From NCBI GenBank assembly GCA_041687695.1, contig JAWLBL010000026.1, positions 1-64,000 of the forward strand: DNA of 64,000 nt, written 5' to 3'. This document shows, in pieces, positions 29,784 through 38,301 of the stretch. The position numbers and the translations under genes were made by a program. The notes beneath the pieces are model-generated. The model worked only from the letters and a program-made list of their open reading frames with translations. It was not told the DNA's origin and made no database searches. Origin of the DNA: Myxococcota bacterium. GTDB lineage: Bacteria > Myxococcota_A > UBA9042 > PHBI01 > JAWLBL01. Each line of letters begins with the position of its first letter. The stretch's first letter is position 1.

Positions 29784-31520
29784 ATGAAGCTGGGCCACAT
29801 ACTCGCACTCATCGGCGCTGCGTTGGCGCTAGTCGGCGGCACGGTTCTCCCGTGGCAGTACTTCCAGCTCGCCGACGTCTACGCGCTCGGCTACCAGGTC
29901 CCGCCGGCCGGGCAGATCGTCCTGGGCCTCGCCGGGCTCATCGTCCTGACCAGCCTCCTCGGCCTGGTCACGCGCAAGCGCAAGCAGTTCGCGACGGCGA
30001 CCCTCATCGTCTCGGTCTTCACGATCGGCTGGACGATCTGGGCGCACATCTCGCGCGCCTCCATCTTCGAGCTGCAGCTCTTCGAAGTCGTCGAGATGCA
30101 GCTGGGCTACACGCTCGCCGCGTGGGGCGCCTTCCTGATGTTCTTCGGGCCGCTGGTCGTGCTCGCGTCCGAGCCGGCGATGGACCCCAAGGCCGAGTTC
30201 CTGCGCGTCGCGCTCATCTGGAACGGCACGGTCATCCAGGAGAAGCTGCTCCAGGAGCCGCAGACGTTCACCATCGGCGAGGACATCCGCAACGACTTCA
30301 TCATCCCGGCCGAGAAGCTGCAGCGGAAGTTCCCGCTGTTCCGCGCCGGCCGCAAGGGTGAGTACGCCATCGGCCTCAGCCAGGAGCTGCAGGGCCAGAT
30401 CACGGTCAACCGCGACACGCAGCCCATCAGCGAGTTCGTCAAGCGCTCGACCGAGAACAAGAGCGGCGTGAACTACGTCCCCATCGCCTCCGGCGACTGG
30501 GGCATGCTGCACCTGGACGAGCTGCAGGTCTTCTTCCAGTTCGTGCAGCCCGACGGCCGCATGGCGCGCAAGGGCTTCCTCGCCTTCGACGAGTACGTCG
30601 CCGCGGCGGTGGCCTTCAGCTTCTTCATCCAGATCGGCCTCATCCTGATGGCGGTCTTCCTGTGGGAGGAGACGGCGACGCGCGTCGTGAAGAAGAACGA
30701 GCGCAAGCCGCTGACCGTCGAGGTCGTCATCAACGAGCAGAAGGAAGAGGAGCCGCTCGAGGAGGACGCCGAGGACGACTCGAGCTCCAAGAAGGCCGAG
30801 GGCGAGGAGGGCAAGTTCGGCGATCCCGACGAGGATCCGCTGAAGGAGACCAAGGTGCCCAAGAACGAGGGCAAGATGGTCGACAAGATCGACCCGAAGA
30901 AGGTCGGTCTGAACGACCTGCTCTCGACCAACAAGCTGGGCGGCTCGGGCGCCATCGCCAACATCCTCAGCTCCAACACCGAGGGCTTCTCGAACAAGAT
31001 CGCCGTCGCCATGGCCGGCAGCGGCTCCGAGTTCGTCATGGGCCACGGCGCGGGCGGCCTGGGCTTCGCCGGCACCGGCACCGGCGGCGGCGGCGAGGGT
31101 GGCTACGGCCGCATCCATGGCATGGGCAAGATCGACACCGGCGGCGGCATGGGCGTCAAGGCGGGCCTCGGCAAGAAGGCCGCCAAGCGCGTCGGCAAGA
31201 TGAGCATCGGCTCGGGCGCCGCGCAGGGCTTCTGCAAGCAGAGCCACATCCAGAGCGTCGTGAAGCGCCGCGCCAGCGCCATCCGCGCCTGCTACGAGCA
31301 GCGCCTGCAGGTCAAGCCCAAGCTCCAGGGCAAGCTGACCGCCCGCTGGACCATCGGCGTCGACGGCTCGGTGACCAACGCCAGCGCCACCGCGAACACG
31401 GTCGGTGACGCCGAGGTCACCAACTGCGTGCTGCGCGTGCTCCGCCGCATGCGCTTCCAGAAGCCCGAGGGCGGCATCTGCGTCGTCCAGTGGCCGTTCG
31501 TCTTCTCCGCGGGCGGCTGA
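29784..31520 (+). CDS. GltG/AgmX-like membrane protein with a C-terminal TonB_C-like (AgmX/PglI) domain, paralog 1
   Basis: N-terminal TM bundle, LRVALIWNG domain, single TM, KKAEGEEGKFG, Gly-rich linker, IRACYE...W.I...C......F..P.GG...V.WPFVF. Confidence 0.82.
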   Translation: MKLGHILALIGAALALVGGTVLPWQYFQLADVYALGYQVPPAGQIVLGLAGLIVLTSLLGLVTRKRKQFATATLIVSVFTIGWTIWAHISRASIFELQLFEVVEMQLGYTLAAWGAFLMFFGPLVVLASEPAMDPKAEFLRVALIWNGTVIQEKLLQEPQTFTIGEDIRNDFIIPAEKLQRKFPLFRAGRKGEYAIGLSQELQGQITVNRDTQPISEFVKRSTENKSGVNYVPIASGDWGMLHLDELQVFFQFVQPDGRMARKGFLAFDEYVAAAVAFSFFIQIGLILMAVFLWEETATRVVKKNERKPLTVEVVINEQKEEEPLEEDAEDDSSSKKAEGEEGKFGDPDEDPLKETKVPKNEGKMVDKIDPKKVGLNDLLSTNKLGGSGAIANILSSNTEGFSNKIAVAMAGSGSEFVMGHGAGGLGFAGTGTGGGGEGGYGRIHGMGKIDTGGGMGVKAGLGKKAAKRVGKMSIGSGAAQGFCKQSHIQSVVKRRASAIRACYEQRLQVKPKLQGKLTARWTIGVDGSVTNASATANTVGDAEVTNCVLRVLRRMRFQKPEGGICVVQWPFVFSAGG

Positions 31521-31540
31521 TCTCCGACCCGGCTCGTTCC

Positions 31541-31584
31541 CGAGAGGGGGCCCCACCTCGTGTGCGGCCCCCTCTCGCTTTTTC
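31541..31584 (+). terminator. Rho-independent terminator
   Basis: CGAGAGGGGGCC...GGCCCCCTCTCG stem followed by CTTTTT. Confidence 0.75.
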
Positions 31585-31689
31585 GAAGCGCCCGGCGTCG
31601 CGCGTCGGTGGAGCCAGTGTCGCGATCTTCTTGGGAACCTGACCCCCGCCCCGGTGTCGGTCCTCTCGTCCACAACACGAGGGGATCCG

Positions 31690-33414
31690 ATGAGGATGGG
31701 GCACGTGATGGCGCTCGTGGGCGCCAGCCTGACGCTGCTCGGCGGCTTCGTGCTGCCTTGGCACACGTTCGAACTCGCCGGGGTCTCGGCCATGGCCGTC
31801 GAGGTCGCGCCGGCCGGCCAGCTGGTCCTGGGGTTGGCCGCCCTGGCGCTCGTGACGAGCGGGTTGGGTCTCCGCCTCGGCGGTGAACGTCGGCGGCGCG
31901 CGCTCGCGACGGCGACCCTGGCCGTCGCGCTCTTCGCGCTGGCCTGGGCCCTGCTGTCCCACATGGGGCGGACCAGCTTCTTCGAACTGCAGCCCGGCGA
32001 GCAGGTCACGATGGGGGCCGGCTACACGCTCGCCCTCTGGGGCCTGGCCCTGGCCCTGGTCGGCCCGCTGGTCGTGCTCGCGTCCGAGGAGCGGCTCGAC
32101 CCGGACAGACCGCTGCTCAGGGCCGCCGTCCTGTGGAACGGCACCGTGTTGAGCGAGCGGCTGGTGCGGACGGGCGAGCGCTTCTCCGCGGGCGACCTCG
32201 ACCGCAGACCGCTCTTTCAGGTGGACGAGCAAGGCGAGAGCTCGCTGCTCGTCTATGGGGGACTACGCGGCGAGCTGAACCAGGGGCCGGTGACCCGGGC
32301 CATCGCCGAGCTGGCGCCAGCGGGCGACGAGCCCCGGCGCGTGCCCCTGGCGATGGGTGACTGGGGCCTGGTCGAGGTGGAGGCGGTCCAGGTCTTCTTC
32401 CAGCTCGTGCGCCCGGAGGGGCGTGTCCCGCGTCGCCCGTTCCTGGCCTTCGACGAAGTGGTCACGAGCGCGGTGGCGGTGAGCTTCCTGCTCCAGATCG
32501 GCTTCATCCTGCTCGCGCTCTTTCTGTGGGAGGAGCGTGCCGAGCGCGCCGTCAAGACGGCCGAGCGCAAGACGTTGAGCGTCGACGTCGTCCTGACGCC
32601 GCCGCCCCGGGACGACGAGCCGCTGGAGGAGCCGGTCGACGACGCGCAGCACCGCGAGGGCGAGGCGGGCAAGCGCGCCGAGGGTGAGGAGGGGCGGTTC
32701 GGTGACCACGAGGCGCCGCCCGAGCAGGAGTCGAAGGTGCCCCGGCGAGACGCGCCGATGGTGAACCAGGTCGACCCGCACGACCTCGACCCCGCCGAGA
32801 CTGGCCTGAACGAGCTGCTGCGCCAACAAAAGCAACTGGGCCAAGGGCCCATCGCCGAGATCCTTGGCCAGGACGAGGGCTTCGAGCGCAAGCTGGTGGT
32901 GGCGATGAACGGCGAGGGCGACGAGCTCGTCATCGGGCCGGGTTCGGACGGCCTGGGGTTCCACGACGGAGGCCGAGGCGGCGGCGGAGACGACGGGCCG
33001 GGCCGCATCCATGGAACCGCGCGCTTCGACACTGGCGGCGGGCCCAGCGTCATCGCCCGCGTGGGCCCGAAGCCCAAGCGGCGGGTCGCCGCGATGAACC
33101 TCGGCGTCGGAGCGGCCGAAGGCTTCTGCCGCGAGTCGAACCTGCGCAGCGTCGTCCGCCGCCGCGCCGGCGCCATCCGGGCCTGTTACGAGAAGCGCCT
33201 GCAGGTCCGCGCCGGCCTCGCCGGCAAGATGACGGCCCGCTGGACCATCGGCCTCGACGGCGCCGTCGCTTCGGCCACGACGGTGTCGAGCAACCTCGGC
33301 GATGCCGAGGTCGAGACCTGTGTCCTGCGCGCCATCCGCCGCATGCGCTTTGGAGCGCCCGAGGGCGGCGTCTGCGTCGTCCAGTGGCCCTTCGTCTTCT
33401 CGTCGGGCCAGTGA
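31690..33414 (+). CDS. GltG/AgmX-like membrane protein, paralog 2 (tandem duplicate)
   Basis: ATG 31690; collinear similarity to 29784..31520 throughout (PAGQxVLGLA, GDWG, VFFQ, FLAFDE, AIRACYE, CVVQWPFVFS). Confidence 0.82.
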   Translation: MRMGHVMALVGASLTLLGGFVLPWHTFELAGVSAMAVEVAPAGQLVLGLAALALVTSGLGLRLGGERRRRALATATLAVALFALAWALLSHMGRTSFFELQPGEQVTMGAGYTLALWGLALALVGPLVVLASEERLDPDRPLLRAAVLWNGTVLSERLVRTGERFSAGDLDRRPLFQVDEQGESSLLVYGGLRGELNQGPVTRAIAELAPAGDEPRRVPLAMGDWGLVEVEAVQVFFQLVRPEGRVPRRPFLAFDEVVTSAVAVSFLLQIGFILLALFLWEERAERAVKTAERKTLSVDVVLTPPPRDDEPLEEPVDDAQHREGEAGKRAEGEEGRFGDHEAPPEQESKVPRRDAPMVNQVDPHDLDPAETGLNELLRQQKQLGQGPIAEILGQDEGFERKLVVAMNGEGDELVIGPGSDGLGFHDGGRGGGGDDGPGRIHGTARFDTGGGPSVIARVGPKPKRRVAAMNLGVGAAEGFCRESNLRSVVRRRAGAIRACYEKRLQVRAGLAGKMTARWTIGLDGAVASATTVSSNLGDAEVETCVLRAIRRMRFGAPEGGVCVVQWPFVFSSGQ

Positions 33415-33426
33415 CCCGGGGGCCGG

Positions 33427-34188
<762 letters not shown>

Positions 34189-34251
34189 AGAACGTGCTCC
34201 TCGAGTGCTTCGGACGTGTCGGCGACGCCCTTCGACGGCCCTGGCCCGGCC

Positions 34252-35607
34252 CTATTCACGGGCGCCACCGACCTTGTCGGACAACCGCCGCAATCGCGCC
34301 TGCCAACGGTCTCCAGCGCCCTCCTCGGCCACCAAAGACGCCAGCCGCTCGCGCGCCAGATCCCACGCGCCCAGCCGCTCGTAGGCATCGGCGAGCCGCG
34401 CCAGCAGCGCCCGGCGATCCCCGTGGCCCGCAGCCAGCGCCTGCTCGGCCGCGGCCGCCGCCTCCTGCCACAGCCCCGCGGCCATCAAGGCTTCGCTGGG
34501 CTCGTCCTCGCGCGTGGCCCGCCAGCTGGCGTCGCCTTCGCCCGCCTTGACCAGCGTCCACAGCTCCACGGCCCGCTCTCGCAGGTGGGGCGCCCGCTCA
34601 CGCGCCGCGGTCACGAGGCGCCCCAGCCCGTCGATCAGCGCCGTCCGCACCCGGGCCGGCACCCTGGGGCGCGCCATCACAGCCAGCGCGACCCCCTCGA
34701 TGGCCTCTGGCGCCCGTCGCAGCAGCCGCTCCAGCATCCGCTCCAGCACCTGCGGCTCCGGCCACTCGTGGCGACAACGCGCTGCGAACGCCTCGACCAC
34801 GTCGTCGGCCAGGGCGCGCAGGGTCGCGTCCGGCGCCCGCTCGGCCCCCGTGAGCAGCGCGTCGACCAGCTCGGGCCAGCGGGCGACCTCGACCGCCTCG
34901 AGCACGTGCGCCACCCACGCCTCGGAGGTCGTCGCCGCCGCCCCCGGCAGGGGCCGCCCCTCGACCCGGTGCAGCCACCACGCCCGCAGGGACGGCGGGA
35001 GCCCCTCCATCACCTCGACGCGCGCGTCCTCGGCCGTGCGCCGCGCCTCCCGCGCTTCGGCCACGGCGAACAGCGGCGCCAACATGGGCAGGGCGTCCGC
35101 GCCACCGCGCTCGACCGCCAGCATGCGCCGCTTGAGCGGCAGCCCGGCCGAGAAGCCGCCCAGCCCGCCGCCGCTGGCGACCACCCGGTGGCACGGCACC
35201 AGCGCCAGGGTCGGATTACGGCCGCACGCGTTCGCCACCGCCCGGAAGGCCGACGGCTGCCCGATGCGCGCGGCGACCTCGGCGTACGTGGCCGTCTGTC
35301 CGTACGGGATGCGCCGCAAGACCTCCCAGACGCGCCGCTGAAACGGCGTCCCGCGCAGATCGAGCGGCACCGAGAAGCCCTGCCTGCGGCCCGTGGCCCA
35401 CGCGGTCAGCTGCCGCGCGGCCTGCCGCAGGTGAGGGTGGGGGTCGTCGACCAGGCTGGCCCCGAGCTGCGCGGCGAGGGCGGCCCGGGCGGCGTCGGGG
35501 TCCTGATCGCCGATGGCGTGGAGGGCGACCACGCCCGCCTCGGACGCGACGCCCCAGAGCGCCCCGATGGGCGTGTCGAAGCGTTGGCTGGCCAGGAGCT
35601 CCCGCAA
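34252..35607 (-). CDS. ogt: Methylated-DNA--protein-cysteine methyltransferase with a long helical/TPR-like C-terminal extension
   Basis: GTPFQRRVW, IPYGQTATY, PCHRV active site, GLGGFS; about 280 additional residues. Confidence 0.85.
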   Translation of the reverse strand: MRELLASQRFDTPIGALWGVASEAGVVALHAIGDQDPDAARAALAAQLGASLVDDPHPHLRQAARQLTAWATGRRQGFSVPLDLRGTPFQRRVWEVLRRIPYGQTATYAEVAARIGQPSAFRAVANACGRNPTLALVPCHRVVASGGGLGGFSAGLPLKRRMLAVERGGADALPMLAPLFAVAEAREARRTAEDARVEVMEGLPPSLRAWWLHRVEGRPLPGAAATTSEAWVAHVLEAVEVARWPELVDALLTGAERAPDATLRALADDVVEAFAARCRHEWPEPQVLERMLERLLRRAPEAIEGVALAVMARPRVPARVRTALIDGLGRLVTAARERAPHLRERAVELWTLVKAGEGDASWRATREDEPSEALMAAGLWQEAAAAAEQALAAGHGDRRALLARLADAYERLGAWDLARERLASLVAEEGAGDRWQARLRRLSDKVGGARE

Positions 35608-35616
35608 GGCGGGACG

Positions 35617-35883
35617 TCAGGCCTTCTGCTGGTCTTGCTGCGGCTCGACCTCGACGGTCGCCGCGGTCGCCTTCTGCGTCTCGAGCTTCTTCGGCGTCAC
35701 GTCGACGGCGTCGTCGCCGCCCGAGGAGGCCTTCTTGAAGTTCCGGATGCTCTGCCCCAGCGCGCCGCCGATCTGCGGCAGCTTGCCCGCCCCGAAGATG
35801 AGCAGGACGATGACCAGGATGATGATGAGCTCGGTGGCCCCCAGGCCGCCGAGGGCGAGCACGATGGGGTGAAGGTTCGTCAT
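35617..35883 (-). CDS. tatA: Twin-arginine translocase TatA/E
   Basis: [34 protein letters not shown]. Confidence 0.95.
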   Translation of the reverse strand: MTNLHPIVLALGGLGATELIIILVIVLLIFGAGKLPQIGGALGQSIRNFKKASSGGDDAVDVTPKKLETQKATAATVEVEPQQDQQKA

Positions 35884-35966
35884 GGCTCCACTCGGGTGAG
35901 GACGCGTCCGCGCCCCCTCGACGCTCTGTCGCGGGCTCGGTCGCCAAATAATTTACCTGATTTCGC

Positions 35967-37235
35967 CTACTTGAAAAGCTTCTCGAGCTTCTTGCCCGTC
36001 TTCTCGATCTTGTCGATCGTCTTGCCGGGCGCGTCGGTGATCTTGTCGACCTTCTTCTCGATGCGGTCGGGCGTCTCGAGCGTGTGGTCGACCTTGCGCG
36101 TGACCTCCTCGGGCTTGCGCAGCGCCTCGTCCTGCTTGCGCGCGATGGCGTCGAGGCTCTTCTCGGCGTCGTCGGGATCCGGCACGTAGACACGCGGCGC
36201 GTCGCCCTTTTTGACCTTGTCGTCCCACAGGATGACCACGTCGTGCTCGCCCTCGTCGAGCGGCACCATCTTGGTCTCGGGGTGCCGCACCACGTCCTTC
36301 ATGATCATCGCCTGCACGCGCGCGTGGTGCTGGTACCAGATGATCGGGTAGCCCTCCTTGGGGCCGGCGGGGACCACCTCGATGTCGTAGCCCAGCTTCT
36401 CGAGGGTCATCTCCAGGTTGTCGACGTTCTCCTCGCCCAGCTCGCCCAGGCCGTTGCCGACCTTGACGCGCACGTAGCCGGTGACCTCCTTGAAGCCCTT
36501 GCTGTCGCCCTTGATGCCGTCGAAGTCCTTGTCGGTCTTGGCCTTCTTCAAATAGGTGACGGCCTCGTCGTCGCCGATGTCCTGCATGCACCGCAGGTGC
36601 TCGACCGCCTTGGCCTCGTCGTCCGTCATGGCGTACATGGCCGCCGCGTTGTAGTGCGACCGCGCGTACCCGGGCGCCGCCTCGACCGCCTTCAAGAACT
36701 GCGCGAGCGCGGCCTCGTACTTCTTCTTCTTGTACTGGCCGAGGCCCGCCTTGATGGCCTTCTCGGCGGCCTTGATGTCCTTGTCCGACGGCTTGGGCAC
36801 GTCGCACTTCTTGCGCCCGGACGCCGGCGCCTCGACCTGAGCGCTGGGCGCGTCGCCGGCCTTGTCCGCCCGTTTGGGCTTGCTCGCCGACGGGTCGGGC
36901 CGCTCGGGCAGCTCCGTGACCTTCAGTCGCTGCAGGGCCAGCTTCGACACGTGCGCGTCGGTGTCGCTGCCCTCGACGTACAGCCGCTTCATGGCCGACA
37001 CGACGCGGTCGCGCTCGTCGCCCTTGACCTTGGAGACGTCCTTGTAGGCCTCCCACAGGCGAACGCACTTGGCCAGTTCGTCCACCGTCGCCTGCTGCGG
37101 GCTCTTGAACGTGGTCTTGTCGCACGTCGCGCCGTACTGCTTCCACTGATCGGCGGCGAAGACGGTCGGCGCGGCGACCAGGGCGGCCGCGAAGGCGGTC
37201 AGCGCGGCGGCTAGGGCGGGGCGGGACATGCGCAT
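35967..37235 (-). CDS. Secreted TPR protein with a possible LytR_C-like C-terminal domain
   Basis: AAGGAG RBS, signal peptide ending VFA, TPR (SHYNAAAMYA), VKVGNGLG...IIWY...DVVILW. Confidence 0.75.
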   Translation of the reverse strand: MRMSRPALAAALTAFAAALVAAPTVFAADQWKQYGATCDKTTFKSPQQATVDELAKCVRLWEAYKDVSKVKGDERDRVVSAMKRLYVEGSDTDAHVSKLALQRLKVTELPERPDPSASKPKRADKAGDAPSAQVEAPASGRKKCDVPKPSDKDIKAAEKAIKAGLGQYKKKKYEAALAQFLKAVEAAPGYARSHYNAAAMYAMTDDEAKAVEHLRCMQDIGDDEAVTYLKKAKTDKDFDGIKGDSKGFKEVTGYVRVKVGNGLGELGEENVDNLEMTLEKLGYDIEVVPAGPKEGYPIIWYQHHARVQAMIMKDVVRHPETKMVPLDEGEHDVVILWDDKVKKGDAPRVYVPDPDDAEKSLDAIARKQDEALRKPEEVTRKVDHTLETPDRIEKKVDKITDAPGKTIDKIEKTGKKLEKLFK

Positions 37236-37356
37236 GGCTCCTTGTCGTGGCTCGTCAAACGGGCGGGCGGATGCTACCATTCCGCCCTCGAAAGTCGCAA
37301 CGCGCGCGCTCGTCGCGCCTCCGTCGCCGTCCTGTCCGCAGCGCCCCGAGGGCCCC

Positions 37357-37764
37357 TTGGCCGCACCCCGTCACCTCCGCTCCCGCCGGCTCGTCGCCCC
37401 GCTCGCGCTCCTGCTGGGCGCGCTCTCCGTCGCCTGCGAGACCGCCCCCTTCGTCGCCGACGAGGTCCCCTGCCGCTGCGACGTCGAGACCTGCGGCCCG
37501 ACGACCTGCGGCTACGAGTTGACCCTGCACGCCAACTGCCGCGACGACGTCGCGCTGGTCGAGGTCGTCATCGACGGCCACCTCGAGGCCCAGGCCCTGC
37601 GCCCCGGGCAGCCCGTCACCCCGTGCACGCGCGTCGAGCCGGGCGAGACCGGCCAGCTGCTCGCCCGCGGCGGCAAGTGGATCTGGGGCCCCATCCTGTC
37701 GCCCTGCGACGAGCCCGGCGCCGTCCACAGCCTGGTGCTCGAGTGCGCGGCCGCGACGCCCTGA
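37357..37764 (+). CDS. Small Cys-containing lipoprotein
   Basis: LLGALSVAC lipobox; start estimated (ORF 37228..37764). Confidence 0.65.
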   Translation: MAAPRHLRSRRLVAPLALLLGALSVACETAPFVADEVPCRCDVETCGPTTCGYELTLHANCRDDVALVEVVIDGHLEAQALRPGQPVTPCTRVEPGETGQLLARGGKWIWGPILSPCDEPGAVHSLVLECAAATP

Positions 37765-37792
37765 GCCCGCGACGCCCTGAGCCCGCGCCGCC

Positions 37793-38194
37793 TCAGCGCT
37801 CGCGCAGCTCGCGCGCCCGCTGCCACCCGCGAGAGACGTCCTCGTCGCGCAGCTCCAGCGCCTCGGCGAGCTGCTCGAGGTGCCGCCGCTCCGAGTCCTC
37901 GATGACGTCGTCCTCGTAGGCCAGCATCAAGGCCTGCTGGAACAGGTACATCCGATGCTCGTAGGAGGGCAGCTCGTCCGGCCGCGGCAGCGGCGGCGCC
38001 TCGGGCGCCTCCAGCATGGCCTCGACCTCCGCCCTGGCCTCGGGCCCGAGCCGCACGAAGTCGATGAGCTGCTCGATCCGCTCGCGCTCGACCTCGGCGA
38101 AGTCCCCATCGGCCTTGGCGACCGCGATCATCGTCTGCAGCAGCAGGACCTTCGAGCCCCGCCGCGTCGTGTTGGTGTCCGTCATGCCCGCCAT
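37793..38194 (-). CDS. TerB-like (tellurite resistance B fold) protein
   Basis: VAKADGDFAEVER...LAYEDDVIEDSER duplicated ADG-x4-E pattern. Confidence 0.8.
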   Translation of the reverse strand: MAGMTDTNTTRRGSKVLLLQTMIAVAKADGDFAEVERERIEQLIDFVRLGPEARAEVEAMLEAPEAPPLPRPDELPSYEHRMYLFQQALMLAYEDDVIEDSERRHLEQLAEALELRDEDVSRGWQRARELRER

Positions 38195-38301
38195 TGGAGG
38201 GTCAGGCCCTCCGGGTGTCAACCAGCCTTTGACCAGGAGCGGGGACGGGGGCGGACGCCGCGGCGGCCACCCCCGTCTGCTCTAGTCCTCGGCGTCCGCG
38301 T

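Noticed and set aside
37751..37782. 16-bp tandem duplication (CCGCGACGCCCTGAGC x2) at a stop codon
   Set aside because: Probably local slippage; no associated element or target-site context.
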